Assembly (NCBI GenBank): GCA_031284265.1
Contig: JAITAG010000039.1
Span: 2,983-66,982, forward strand
Source of the DNA: Puniceicoccales bacterium
GTDB lineage: Bacteria; Verrucomicrobiota; Verrucomicrobiia; Opitutales; LL51
Reading direction: 5' to 3'
Length of the DNA stretch: 64,000 bases
The translations under genes and the position numbers were made by a program. The notes under the pieces are model-generated. The model was given only the letters and a program-made list of their open reading frames with translations. It was not told where the DNA came from and searched no databases. Of the stretch, positions 27,415 through 37,367 are shown one piece after another; positions within the stretch are counted from its first letter, which is position 1; the number at the start of each line of letters is the position of its first letter.

Positions 27415-27736
27415 TTGCGACGCGCTACATACTAAAAAATGACAATATTTTTCGCAATCACAAATTTAAATTTAAAAAATATAAAAAATATTGATTATTA
27501 ATTTATGAAAATTATAATATTATCCGATGTTGAAAAGGAGTGTTAAAATGTTCCAGGTACCCCAATAATTACCGAAGCAATAGGGATTATAAAAAAAGTC
27601 TTTGCGAATACATTAGATTGAATATGTCAATATTTATTCTCTTTTTTGAAAAAATATAAATAAAAAAAGGAAAATAACTTAATAGATGCTTCATATGTAA
27701 AATTTTGTTTAAAAATTAAAAAATATTTGTATATTA

Positions 27737-28723
27737 ATGTTTGCTATGAAAACAAACATTAAAATTCGTCTATTGGTGGCGGCACTGGGAGGAAACGTAT
27801 TTTTCTATAGTGACGCTCGTGCTAGTGATTGGAATGGATTGGGTCCCTGTGAAGAAGTTCCGGTGGGCTTGGAAACGTTTGATTTTAGCGGGTGCGAAGC
27901 AAAGTATCCGGCTCCCTACCGGGGAATCGTACGCATTAGCCAATCTTCGGATCAAGGTCATGGAAAGTTACGGACGTCAACAATGATTTTACATCAACAT
28001 CCTGAGACGGGATCTTTTAGTCGCAGGCCTACGATAACCGGTACTCTAAGTCAATTGGATAGTTCGGATTTGCTACCCATTATGCAACAGGAAAGGGGGT
28101 TAGCACGGATAATACCCATTTTGGTCCAAAAGTATTTTTTCGATGCTTTACCGGCCTTTGTCGACCTAACGGTAACGGGATTCAGGCAGATAATTAGAAA
28201 TGGAAGCATAAGCGAATGTTCTCTGGAAGAGTACTTTACGTTTTCGTTAATTGAGCCCGATACGTTTCAATATGTTACCCGTGACCAGCGTCCTCCACGT
28301 GAATCCGTTGCCATTTACGGCTATGCCACCGATGCCGTTATGGGACGAGATGGCATTATTAACCGGGTAAAACGCAATATTATGGATGAAATTCTTATGA
28401 TTCTCCAATTCTTTATCATGCACAATATTCCCGATGAGTTAATAGCGCAGCTGGAAAATTATGTCGATCATGTCCTTGGGCAAATCGTTCCTGCGTTGAA
28501 ACAGGCTATGTTTGAGATTTTGCGGGACATTGTTGCCGAAATGGCTACGGGCTGTTGCAGCTGGTGTAAAAAGCTCAGCAAAGAGGACAAGAAAAACCTT
28601 ACCCGAGGCATATGCCACATGTTAGGCGGTGTGCTTGGTCGTATTTTTGGAGAGGGCTTCGAACTGGGGGCCGATGAATTAGCGAACGGAATTTGTGGCA
28701 TTATTGCCAATCAAAATGAATAG
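27737..28723 (+). CDS. orphan signal-peptide protein (no recognisable family)
   Basis: N-terminal 'IKIRLLVAALGGNVFFYSDARA', a Cys-rich C-terminus 'CCSWCKK...ICHMLGG...ICGII', and a 320-bp extremely AT-rich leader upstream. Confidence 0.55.
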   Translation: MFAMKTNIKIRLLVAALGGNVFFYSDARASDWNGLGPCEEVPVGLETFDFSGCEAKYPAPYRGIVRISQSSDQGHGKLRTSTMILHQHPETGSFSRRPTITGTLSQLDSSDLLPIMQQERGLARIIPILVQKYFFDALPAFVDLTVTGFRQIIRNGSISECSLEEYFTFSLIEPDTFQYVTRDQRPPRESVAIYGYATDAVMGRDGIINRVKRNIMDEILMILQFFIMHNIPDELIAQLENYVDHVLGQIVPALKQAMFEILRDIVAEMATGCCSWCKKLSKEDKKNLTRGICHMLGGVLGRIFGEGFELGADELANGICGIIANQNE

Positions 28724-28728
28724 GCAAC

Positions 28729-28873
28729 TGCCAGAGGGCTTCTCCGCCCTCTGGTCTCCTTCGCCTGACTGGACCGCAAGGGTAAAACCCCGCCCGGCGC
28801 GAAGCGCCGAGCGGGGTAAACTTTTTATTTCTTATTTTTCTTTGGCCGAGGCGATGAGCATCGCCTCGGCCAA
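28729..28873 (-). repeat. GC-rich hairpin-module mosaic, array 5 (E - C/D remnant - J - I)
   Basis: CCAGAGGGCttctccGCCCTCTGG; CCCCGCCCGGCGCgaaGCGCCGAGCGGGG; TTGGCCGAGGCGATgagcATCGCCTCGGCCAA. Confidence 0.85.
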
Positions 28874-28941
28874 AACTATCTTCTTCCAAGGTAGAAAGAT
28901 TTCAATTGCAAGTTTATATATATTTTTCATAATCAATTGCC

Positions 28942-29739
28942 GTGGAACGATTGGGAAGTAGGACAAGTTTTTCGCTCCTGGAGCTGACGGTAATCATAGG
29001 AATTATGGCGATACTTTTAGGGATAATATATCCAGGGATAGACATGATTATCGAGCGGTCGCAGCGGGCAAAAGCGGCGAGGAATTTACGGACCATTGCC
29101 CTAGCGCACGCGAATTTCATCAATGATTTTGGTCGAGCCATTCAATATAAAGATGTTTGTATAATGAAGGGTAGCGCTCCCACGATCTGCGACGTCAACT
29201 TATTTGCAGCGGTTCTAGCGAAATACGGCTACGTTAAAGATGTTTCCGTATGGGCCTGGGATTTCGATTATTTGGTAAAGCAATATAAGCAAAGCAATAC
29301 TTTACCAACTAAAATGTATAATGCTTCCAACGATCGCATTGCCCCTGAATTTGCCGGGAAACAAAGTGGCGGCAATTTCCCACTCAGTGTGCTATGCTGC
29401 GTCGTTCAATCCCCTGATTTTGACTACGCCCAATTGTTGAGTCCTAAATTTCCTGCGGCCATCAGCCGAGGACTTGGAGAGGATGGAATATGGCGAAAAA
29501 AATCGGGAAATTCGGGAGGCATTTGGGGAAATAAAGGTGGGTTAATTGCATTTTTTGATGGCCATGTGGAATGGTACAAAGACATAAAAGATATTTTTAA
29601 GCAATACGGAACGACAACTAAAGCATCGGTAATATGTGCGACACTTCCCCATTTTCATAATGCCTCCAATGGAAGTCATACCGATTCCTGTTTTCTAAGT
29701 TGGGAGGGCAATGGCAGTCACGGCAGCGTACACAATTAA
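28942..29739 (+). CDS. prepilin-type N-terminal cleavage/methylation-domain protein (pseudopilin-like, 'FFDGHVEWY')
   Basis: GTG start. 'RTSFSLLELTVIIGIMAILLGIIYP' leader and helix. Roughly half of residues are identical by eye to the next ORF. Confidence 0.8.
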   Translation: MERLGSRTSFSLLELTVIIGIMAILLGIIYPGIDMIIERSQRAKAARNLRTIALAHANFINDFGRAIQYKDVCIMKGSAPTICDVNLFAAVLAKYGYVKDVSVWAWDFDYLVKQYKQSNTLPTKMYNASNDRIAPEFAGKQSGGNFPLSVLCCVVQSPDFDYAQLLSPKFPAAISRGLGEDGIWRKKSGNSGGIWGNKGGLIAFFDGHVEWYKDIKDIFKQYGTTTKASVICATLPHFHNASNGSHTDSCFLSWEGNGSHGSVHN

Positions 29740-29796
29740 CATTCCAAAACACAATGATTAAATGGATATTTTTATTTTATTAGTTATAATTTCTCC

Positions 29797-30570
29797 ATGG
29801 AAAGTTTTAGAGAACGAAAAAGTTTTACACTGGTTGAATTAATGGCGGTAATTGCGATTCTGACGATTTTGATAGCCCTTACTTATCCTGCCGCTCAAGC
29901 CGTTATGGATCGTATCCACCGGGTAAAAGCAGCCAATCATTTGCGAACCATTGCCCTTGCCCATGTTCAGTTTATTACCGATTTCGGCCGCGCCATTACT
30001 TTTTCAGATGTAGAGAATATTTCCGGCAATAATACCTATAATGCCAATAACTTTGCCGCCGTACTGGCCAAATACGGCTACATTGAAGACGTTTCCGTCT
30101 GGGCTTGGGATTTTGATCATAAGGTCAAAGCCTATAAAAAGGATAGCTCCAAGACCTTCCCTTCCGAAATTTATAACCGGTCTACTGAAAAAACTCACAC
30201 CAATTTTAAAGGAGGAGTTTTTCCATTAAGCGTTGTTTGTGGCATCGTACAGTGCCCTAACTTTGATTACAAAACACTGCTCAAAGGAAAATACCCCGCC
30301 GCCTATAGCCGCGGGCTTAAATCCAATGGCTCTTGGATGGAATCTTCTTCCAATGTCAATGGCGGTGTTTTTGGAACGAAGGGTGGCCTTGTCGCCTACT
30401 ACGACGGATCCGTTGAGTGGTATACGAATACTGCTAATAAATTTATAAAATATTCCGACCAAACTAAAGTATCCAAAATTTGTGATGCCATACCCAATAG
30501 CCACACTGGCAGTTTTGTTGATTCTAATTTTTTAAATTGGGACGGTTTCAATGTCTGCCATAGTATTTGA
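29797..30570 (+). CDS. prepilin-type N-terminal cleavage/methylation-domain protein (paralog, 'YYDGSVEWY')
   Basis: 'RKSFTLVELMAVIAILTILIALTYP'. Shared blocks 'NLRTIALAH', 'FAAVLAKYGY..DVSVWAWDFD' and 'FPLSV' link it to 28942-29739. Confidence 0.85.
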   Translation: MESFRERKSFTLVELMAVIAILTILIALTYPAAQAVMDRIHRVKAANHLRTIALAHVQFITDFGRAITFSDVENISGNNTYNANNFAAVLAKYGYIEDVSVWAWDFDHKVKAYKKDSSKTFPSEIYNRSTEKTHTNFKGGVFPLSVVCGIVQCPNFDYKTLLKGKYPAAYSRGLKSNGSWMESSSNVNGGVFGTKGGLVAYYDGSVEWYTNTANKFIKYSDQTKVSKICDAIPNSHTGSFVDSNFLNWDGFNVCHSI

Positions 30571-30587
30571 AAACAATTTTAAAAAAT

Positions 30588-30832
30588 CATGAGGCTCAGC
30601 CCCATACCCCACAAGGAGGTTACCCAGAGGGCTCCGCCCTCTGGACTCCCGCAAGGAGTCGCAGACTCCTTGACCTCTTTTAACGGCCAAACTATGCGAA
30701 AATTTCGCATAGTTTGGCCGTTAAGATTAAACCCAAGCCCGGCGCGCTTCGCATCGTGTGAGGGTAGTCCCCGAATCTCAGGTCCAGAAGATGGATCTCC
30801 TGGCTGGGATCCAAGAGTGAGCAGCCCTTAGG
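30588..30832 (-). repeat. GC-rich hairpin-module mosaic, array 6 (K-E-D-C-J-A-B)
   Basis: CCAGAGGGCtccGCCCTCTGG; CAAGGAGTcgcagACTCCTTG; GGCCAAACTATGCG..CGCATAGTTTGGCC (30685-30719). A degenerate A and B follow. The pheS stop codon lies in the terminal CCCTTAGG. Confidence 0.9.
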
Positions 30833-31868
30833 CAAATTGTTCTAAGAAGCGCAGATCATTTTGATAAAACAGGCGCACGTCATCGATTCCATAGAGTAGC
30901 ATGGTCAAACGTTCTAGGCCTAAACCGGCGGCAAAACCGCTATGGCGATTAGGATCGATCTCAACCGCTTCCAGCACATTGGGATCGACCATGCCACAAC
31001 CTAGAATTTCTATCCATTGGCTGCTCAATTTGCCAAGGCCTGTCGAGCGGAAATCGACTTCGAAGCTAGGTTCTGTAAAAGGGAAAAAACTTGGGCGCAA
31101 GCGCGTCTCCGTTTTCGGCCCGAACAGGGCTTTCAAAAAGTAATCGAGGGTTGCTTTCAGATCACTAACGGTTACATTTTCATCGACGTAGAGGGCTTCG
31201 AATTGGTGAAAATTAGCGCTATGGGTAGCATCAGTTGTATCGCGACGAAACGTCCGTCCTGGAGAGATAATCCGAATAGGTGGCCGTTCTTTGAGCATGG
31301 TTCGAATTTGGACGGTTGAGGTATGGGAACGGAGGAGGTAGCGTTCCGTGCCGTATTTTGAGGTTGTTGCCACGCGAATATCCTGGGGCATAAAAAAGGT
31401 ATCCATCACATCCCGGGCTGGGTGACTTAGCGGTGTATTTAAAGCGTCAAAGCAGTACCATTCGGTTTCAATTTCTGGGCCATCGACGGTACAAAATCCT
31501 AGTCCATTGAAAATTTCTTCCACCCGTTGGCGTGTTTTTGTCAGAGGATGAAGATTTCCCGAAAAATATTTCCGCGTATCCAATGAAATATCGATGGGAT
31601 CGCCCATTTTTTGTCGGAGTGCCTGCGCTTCAAGTTCTTCCAACTTTTCCACCAATAAAGTTTCGATTTCATTTTTGAGGTAGTTGACTTTTTTCCCCAA
31701 TTCTGCCCGTTCTTCCGGGACGAGATCTTTCATTTGTTTCATCATATCGCGCAGGATACCATGGGGACCGAGATAGGTCGCCTTTAACTCTTCCAGCGCG
31801 GGAAATGTTCCGATTGTTGCAATTTTTTCCCTAATTTCTTCGATTAAATGGTCATTCAATACCGGCAT
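30828..31868 (-). CDS. pheS: phenylalanine--tRNA ligase alpha subunit
   Basis: Class II motifs 'HPLTKT', 'FRRDTTDATHSANFHQFEALYV' and 'FPFTEPSFEVD'. Confidence 0.95.
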   Translation of the reverse strand: MPVLNDHLIEEIREKIATIGTFPALEELKATYLGPHGILRDMMKQMKDLVPEERAELGKKVNYLKNEIETLLVEKLEELEAQALRQKMGDPIDISLDTRKYFSGNLHPLTKTRQRVEEIFNGLGFCTVDGPEIETEWYCFDALNTPLSHPARDVMDTFFMPQDIRVATTSKYGTERYLLRSHTSTVQIRTMLKERPPIRIISPGRTFRRDTTDATHSANFHQFEALYVDENVTVSDLKATLDYFLKALFGPKTETRLRPSFFPFTEPSFEVDFRSTGLGKLSSQWIEILGCGMVDPNVLEAVEIDPNRHSGFAAGLGLERLTMLLYGIDDVRLFYQNDLRFLEQFA

Positions 31869-31983
31869 ATTGCTTGCAATTCATAGACATTTTTATGAAA
31901 ATTCAAGAAAGACCTAACGAAAAAGTAGGATCATATTTTTTCTTGAAAAGATACGTTTCATAGGAATAATCGATTCCGATATT

Positions 31984-32619
31984 TTGATGAATAAGGGATT
32001 TGTCATTATTGTTTTTCGAATTTTTTTACTGCTTACTGTCCAAGCAGCTGAAATGTCCGTACCTGATGCTTTATCTATTTCGCCCGACGATGCGATTCCG
32101 CCGGTTTTATTACCGCCTCTTGCCCCTGTCGAAATTGGGAATTATTGGAGGATAACATCGTTTTGGCTATTTGTTATTGGTCTTTTAGTTTTACTTTTGG
32201 GTTTATTTTTCCGGCATCGGCGTTCCCTTCTTTCTGCTAAGTCCCTTTCTCCATTTCAGCAATTTCTCCGGGATCTACACCAAGCCAAATTGCACGTCGA
32301 CACAAAAGATACGAAGGAATTTTGTTCTGCGCTTTGTTTTGCTTTAAAATCCTATATACAACAGGAGTATCAATTACCCATAACCTGTCGAACAACGGAA
32401 GAATTTTTAAAAATTGTTCAGAATTCATCTAATTTTTCCTGGGAAATTGCAAGCGATTTGACAGATATTTTAATCTATTCCGATCAAGCTAAATTTGCGG
32501 GCATAAAATTTCAGAACGATTTCCATAGGGACTTGTTCCTCAAAACCTGCCGTTTCGTCCGCGAAGTAAAGCGCATTCGCCATTCGACTAAAACCGTAAC
32601 TAAACCTATTCAAAAATGA
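31984..32619 (+). CDS. single-TM protein preceding batA (DUF4381-like)
   Basis: Pro-rich segment, then the TM helix 'FWLFVIGLLVLLLGLFF'. It overlaps batA by 4 nt. The position matches the DUF4381 gene of Bat operons. Start uncertain. Confidence 0.45.
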   Translation: MMNKGFVIIVFRIFLLLTVQAAEMSVPDALSISPDDAIPPVLLPPLAPVEIGNYWRITSFWLFVIGLLVLLLGLFFRHRRSLLSAKSLSPFQQFLRDLHQAKLHVDTKDTKEFCSALCFALKSYIQQEYQLPITCRTTEEFLKIVQNSSNFSWEIASDLTDILIYSDQAKFAGIKFQNDFHRDLFLKTCRFVREVKRIRHSTKTVTKPIQK

Positions 32620-33653
32620 TCGACGCCTTTGAGTTTCACAGTAAAGAGTTTTTATGGCTATTCCTTCTTTTGCCCGTCGTTGCCTATATTTGTAAGCATT
32701 ACAAAAAACAGGCTACACTTTTCTTTCCCCATATCGAAACTTTAAAAAAAGCAATGGAGTTCCACCGTTCGAAAGCACAACATATTTTAAATGTTCTGCG
32801 TTTCTTAGCGCTCACCGCATTGATTTTTGCCCTAGCTCGCCCCCAAATTATCCACCGTTTTACGGAATCTCGTTCGAGCGGCATCGATATTATGCTTGCG
32901 GTGGACATTTCATCTTCAATGATGGGGCTTGACTTTCAAGAGCGGGATGAACGCAAAATAACGACGCGGTTGGATATTGCTAAACAGGTAACCAATGAAT
33001 TTATTCAAAATCGCCCCAATGATCGCATCGGCATGTGTGCCTTTGCGAGGGATGCTTATCTCGTCAGCCCCGTTACAATGAATCACAATTGGTTGGAAGA
33101 CAATTTGAAATGCTTACATGTCGGATTGGTCGAAGATGGGACGGCAATCGGAAATGCCCTTGCCATGTGCGCCAATCGCCTCAAAAATTCAGAATCTAAG
33201 ACGAAACTTATCGTCCTACTGACAGACGGCAGTAATACGGCAGGAAATATCGCTCCCCTCATGGCTACAGAAATGGCAGCGGCCCTAAATATTAAAATTT
33301 ACACCGTCGGGATCGGTAAAAAAGGGATCATCCCTTTTGCCTACCCTGACGAAAAGGGTAATGTTATGATAGATCCGTTCGGTCGGCCCATAGTCATTCA
33401 AGGACAAGCCGATCTCGATGAAACCCTACTCGAAACCATTGCCCAAAAAACGGAGGGACAATTTTTCCGCGCAGAAAATAAAAAACAACTGAGCGATATC
33501 TATACAACAATCGATCGGTTGGAAAAAACTGATGTAAAATTTAAACAGTTTGCCACCGTAAAAGACCTTTTTATTGGGTTTATCGGATGTGCATTGCTCC
33601 TCCTCCTCTTGGAGTGTTTTTTACGCCATTCAAAATTCCAGAAAATACCATGA
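32616..33653 (+). CDS. batA: VWA-domain membrane protein BatA
   Basis: MIDAS 'DIMLAVDISSSM', 'LLTDGSNTAG', and TM helices at both ends. Confidence 0.8.
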   Translation: MIDAFEFHSKEFLWLFLLLPVVAYICKHYKKQATLFFPHIETLKKAMEFHRSKAQHILNVLRFLALTALIFALARPQIIHRFTESRSSGIDIMLAVDISSSMMGLDFQERDERKITTRLDIAKQVTNEFIQNRPNDRIGMCAFARDAYLVSPVTMNHNWLEDNLKCLHVGLVEDGTAIGNALAMCANRLKNSESKTKLIVLLTDGSNTAGNIAPLMATEMAAALNIKIYTVGIGKKGIIPFAYPDEKGNVMIDPFGRPIVIQGQADLDETLLETIAQKTEGQFFRAENKKQLSDIYTTIDRLEKTDVKFKQFATVKDLFIGFIGCALLLLLLECFLRHSKFQKIP

Positions 33654-35689
33654 AATTTGGAAATACACTATTTTTGTTTCTATTGCCCCTATGGGTCACC
33701 TTGGGATTATCTATGGTCGTATGGGGACAAAGACGTCGATCGCGGCACCTCAAACAAATGGTTGCCCAACGCCTCTCCCCCCTATTGCTTTCGAACTACA
33801 GTACGGGGAGACAAAACTTAAAAAATTTGCTTTTCCTCGGCGCCATTGCATTCATTGGATTCGCCTTAGCCGCACCTAAATGGGGCCATAGACAAGAGGA
33901 ACGCTACGTGAAAGGCGTCGACCTACTGATTGCGGTAGATGTTTCCAAGAGTATGCTGGCAGAAGATATTAAGCCCAATCGCTTGGAACGGACAAAACTG
34001 ACCATTTTAGATCTTCTCAAATCTTTTAGCGGACATCGCGTCGGTCTCATCGCATTTGCTGGGAATTCATTTTTACAATGTCCCCTTACCCTTGATCACA
34101 ATGCCTTTGTTCAAAGCTTAAATGCCATTGATACGGATACAATCCCATTACCGGGTACGGCCATTAATGCGGCAATTGAATTAGCCGAAAAGGTCTATGA
34201 CCAAACGCAAAATCAAAAATTACTTTTTCTCTTTTCCGATGGTGAAGAACTGGCCGATAGCGCTATCGAAGGAGCTAGACAGGCAAAGAAACAAAATATT
34301 TGTATTTATACAATCGGCATCGGTTCGACGGAAGGCACTACGATTCTCATCGCGGATCCTACAACGGGAAAAATAAGTCCGCTATGTGACCGAAATGGAC
34401 AGGTGGTTAAAACTTCCCTCGATGAAAAGACGTTGCAAGAAGTTGCTGAAATGACCGATGGCCAATATTATCACCTATCCCCTGCAGCCCTATCACATTT
34501 ACAAAAAGATATACTCACTCGCTTTCCATTCATAAGAGAAACCGCCAATAAATATACCGAAAAAGTTTACCAGGAACGTTACCAATTATTTTTGTTTTTA
34601 GGATTTCTGCTGCTGCTGCTTGAAATGCTTATGGGCAATTATAAAAGACCGGAACAGTATTCCGTTTCCATTTATTACAAACTTTCGTCATTCCTTTTAG
34701 TTTTCCTATTCGCATTGAATAGCCTCTCTGCGAAGGAAAGCCAAGGGGAAATCTACTACAAAAATAAGGAATTTGAAAAGGCATTGGAATTTTATAATCA
34801 ACAATTGAAAAAAAAACCGGAAGATCGGGAGCTGCTTTACAATAAAGGAACGACTTGTCTCGCCCTAAAACAATACGAAGAGGCAATCGATTACCTCAAG
34901 AAATCGGCATCCGATGCACCCATAGCGCTACAGAAAAAAGCATTTTATAATTTAGGAAATACACTCTTTGAACAGGGACAGGGCTCACCTGAGCCTCAAA
35001 AAACATTGGAAAAATGGAAGGAAAGTTTGCGCCATTTTCAATCGACCGTAGATCTAGATGGACAATTTGAGGAAGCTAAGAAAAATACAAAATATGTCGA
35101 AGAGGCGATTAGAAAACTAGAGGAACAGCAAAGGTCTAAAAATCAGCAACAATCCAATGAGCCAAACAATCGACAGCAAAATTCCGACGATCGACAAAAC
35201 TCAGATCAGCAGAAGGACTCCAATGGGCAACAAAATTCCGACGATCAAAGAAATGAGGATAATCGGCAGCACTCCGATCAACAGCAAAACCCAGACGATC
35301 GACAAAACTCGGATCAACAGGACTCCAACGGACAACAAAATTCCGACGATCAAAGAAATGAAGATAATCGGCAGCACTCCAATCAACAGCAAAATCCAGA
35401 CGATCGACAAAACTCGGATCGGCAAAAGGACCCCAACGGGCAGCAAAATTCAGATGATCAAAGAAAATCTAAAAAGCAATCCCCAAATCAACGGCTTCCC
35501 GATAATCGCAACAAACCTAAAAATAGCGAATACCGGCAAAGTACGGCCCCAGATATATCGCAAGATCAAAAAATGTCCACCAGTGATGCCCTCCAAATAC
35601 TTGATGCTTTAGAAAATGAAGAAAAAAAATTGCTTTTAGAAAAGACTTATGGTAACATTAGAAACCGCAATCCTGAAAAATTTTGGTAA
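33650..35689 (+). CDS. batB: BatB-like VWA protein fused to a TPR (BatC-like) region and a Q/N/D-rich repeat tail
   Basis: ATGA overlap with batA. 'DLLIAVDVSKSM' and 'LFSDGEE'. TPR-like 'GEIYYKNKEFEKALEFYNQQLKK..'. The tail is a (DDRQNSDQQKDSNGQQNSDDQRNEDNRQHSDQQQNP) repeat. Confidence 0.75.
   Translation: MKFGNTLFLFLLPLWVTLGLSMVVWGQRRRSRHLKQMVAQRLSPLLLSNYSTGRQNLKNLLFLGAIAFIGFALAAPKWGHRQEERYVKGVDLLIAVDVSKSMLAEDIKPNRLERTKLTILDLLKSFSGHRVGLIAFAGNSFLQCPLTLDHNAFVQSLNAIDTDTIPLPGTAINAAIELAEKVYDQTQNQKLLFLFSDGEELADSAIEGARQAKKQNICIYTIGIGSTEGTTILIADPTTGKISPLCDRNGQVVKTSLDEKTLQEVAEMTDGQYYHLSPAALSHLQKDILTRFPFIRETANKYTEKVYQERYQLFLFLGFLLLLLEMLMGNYKRPEQYSVSIYYKLSSFLLVFLFALNSLSAKESQGEIYYKNKEFEKALEFYNQQLKKKPEDRELLYNKGTTCLALKQYEEAIDYLKKSASDAPIALQKKAFYNLGNTLFEQGQGSPEPQKTLEKWKESLRHFQSTVDLDGQFEEAKKNTKYVEEAIRKLEEQQRSKNQQQSNEPNNRQQNSDDRQNSDQQKDSNGQQNSDDQRNEDNRQHSDQQQNPDDRQNSDQQDSNGQQNSDDQRNEDNRQHSNQQQNPDDRQNSDRQKDPNGQQNSDDQRKSKKQSPNQRLPDNRNKPKNSEYRQSTAPDISQDQKMSTSDALQILDALENEEKKLLLEKTYGNIRNRNPEKFW
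35186..35470 (+). repeat. 108/105-bp in-frame tandem repeat (~2.7 copies) inside the batB-like gene
   Basis: Units start at 35186, 35294 and 35399 (GACGATCGACAAAACTC...). The second unit lacks one codon. Confidence 0.9.
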
Positions 35690-35690
35690 A

Positions 35691-37346
35691 ATGAGAGTGC
35701 AATTTTTTACAGTATTGATAGCGTTTTTGCAAATTTTAACTCTAGATGCTCAATCCCCTAGCATTAGCATTAATGCGCGATTTGAGCCGGTAGAAGCTAG
35801 TCTCTATAAAGAAATACGCTATATCATTGATATTACCAACGGCTTTCCCCGAGGTTTTTCTCCTCCTTCCGTTCCGGGTCTACGCAAGCGCGGCGAGAGT
35901 ATCTATCAATCATCGACTATGATTAATGGTATTAGTACACAAAAAGTATCGTTTATCTTTTCCTATATTCCCGAACAAACGGGTACCATTGAAATGCCGA
36001 AGTATGATATCGAAATCAATGGGGAACGTTATCCCGTTATGCCAGCTAAGGTAAAAATTTTAAATGATTCGAATGCAGTCGTTCACCAACGAAAACAGGG
36101 AGTTACCATTGATGCTGCCATTGATAGCGATCAAGCTTACGTCGGCCAAAATATTCCCGTTACGATTACCGTGCGTCTCAACGAAGTACAATTATTGGGG
36201 GCCATCAACCCCAAGATTTTAAACGATACCTTTCTCCTGTCTCCCCTCTCGAAGCAGCCAAAGGTACAGTTGAATGGGGATTATGAAACTTATTCCTGGA
36301 ACACTTTTATTACCCCGCTGAAAAGTGGAAATCACCAGGTTACATTTGAGGCATTCTGCCCGATTCAGTTCATCCATACGGTAGGATTTTTCTCATTGGC
36401 AGAGGAAGAATTGGTTCACGTGATTTCCCAACCCGTTGCCCTTGAAGTTCAATCACTGCCCGAAGCACCGGTAAATTTTTGCGGCGGTATTGGACAATTT
36501 GCACTCAAAAATCTCCGCCTATCATCGGATCGCACATTGATCGGCGAACCGATTACGCTATCCATGGATATCGTCGGAGAAGGTAATTTTTCTCGCCTGC
36601 AACCTCCAGAAATTGCGAGCGATGAACGATGGAAAGTTTTCTCGCCTAGGATTACATCTGTCGCCCAGGATACAAAAACAATAGAATACGTCATTGTGCC
36701 CCAAAAAACGGGAGAAATTGCCATTCCCGATATCGCATTTACCTATTTCAATCCTCAAACGGAGTGCTTTGAGACTGCAAGTATCGATAATGCTAAAAAA
36801 ATTGTCCTCGTATCCCGCTCCGCGGAAGCGTTCCCCAATTATGCCGAAACCGAAAATAAAACCAATGACAAAAATAAACCGAAAATTTCCCCATTCCATA
36901 TCCTCTCTGAGGATACATTTCACCATGGGACGTTGATGCCGATTTATTTCCAATCTTGGTTTTGGATCCTTCAAGGATGCTTGGCGGTAGTTGCCCTACT
37001 GTTTGGAATAGGAACTTGGAAACCACGCATAAAAGAAAAAACGCCGAAATGGAACATAAAAAAAATAGAAAAATCTCTCATACAAGCCGCTAGGGGAACG
37101 GATGTGAGCATATTTTATAGCCTAGCTACACAATTTATTCGCCAAAAATTGGCCACCTATTCCATCGTCACTGAACAGCGATCGGAACAAATTAAACAGC
37201 TACAGAAAATGGGCGTTAAGCATTTGAAATGGTTTGAATCCTTTTTAAATGAGGCAGATGCCATTGCTTTTGGCCAGTCCCAGGTCAATAAAAAACACAT
37301 CGATCAACAATTGGAAAAATTACTGATGTTCCTTAAACAACCCTAA
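35691..37346 (+). CDS. batD: BatD-like protein
   Basis: ATG 35691 lies 1 nt after the upstream stop. Signal peptide 'FFTVLIAFLQILTLDAQS', a large beta-rich ectodomain and one C-terminal TM helix. The position in the operon fits BatD. Confidence 0.6.
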   Translation: MRVQFFTVLIAFLQILTLDAQSPSISINARFEPVEASLYKEIRYIIDITNGFPRGFSPPSVPGLRKRGESIYQSSTMINGISTQKVSFIFSYIPEQTGTIEMPKYDIEINGERYPVMPAKVKILNDSNAVVHQRKQGVTIDAAIDSDQAYVGQNIPVTITVRLNEVQLLGAINPKILNDTFLLSPLSKQPKVQLNGDYETYSWNTFITPLKSGNHQVTFEAFCPIQFIHTVGFFSLAEEELVHVISQPVALEVQSLPEAPVNFCGGIGQFALKNLRLSSDRTLIGEPITLSMDIVGEGNFSRLQPPEIASDERWKVFSPRITSVAQDTKTIEYVIVPQKTGEIAIPDIAFTYFNPQTECFETASIDNAKKIVLVSRSAEAFPNYAETENKTNDKNKPKISPFHILSEDTFHHGTLMPIYFQSWFWILQGCLAVVALLFGIGTWKPRIKEKTPKWNIKKIEKSLIQAARGTDVSIFYSLATQFIRQKLATYSIVTEQRSEQIKQLQKMGVKHLKWFESFLNEADAIAFGQSQVNKKHIDQQLEKLLMFLKQP

Positions 37347-37367
37347 CTCAAAAATTATTTCGAGATC

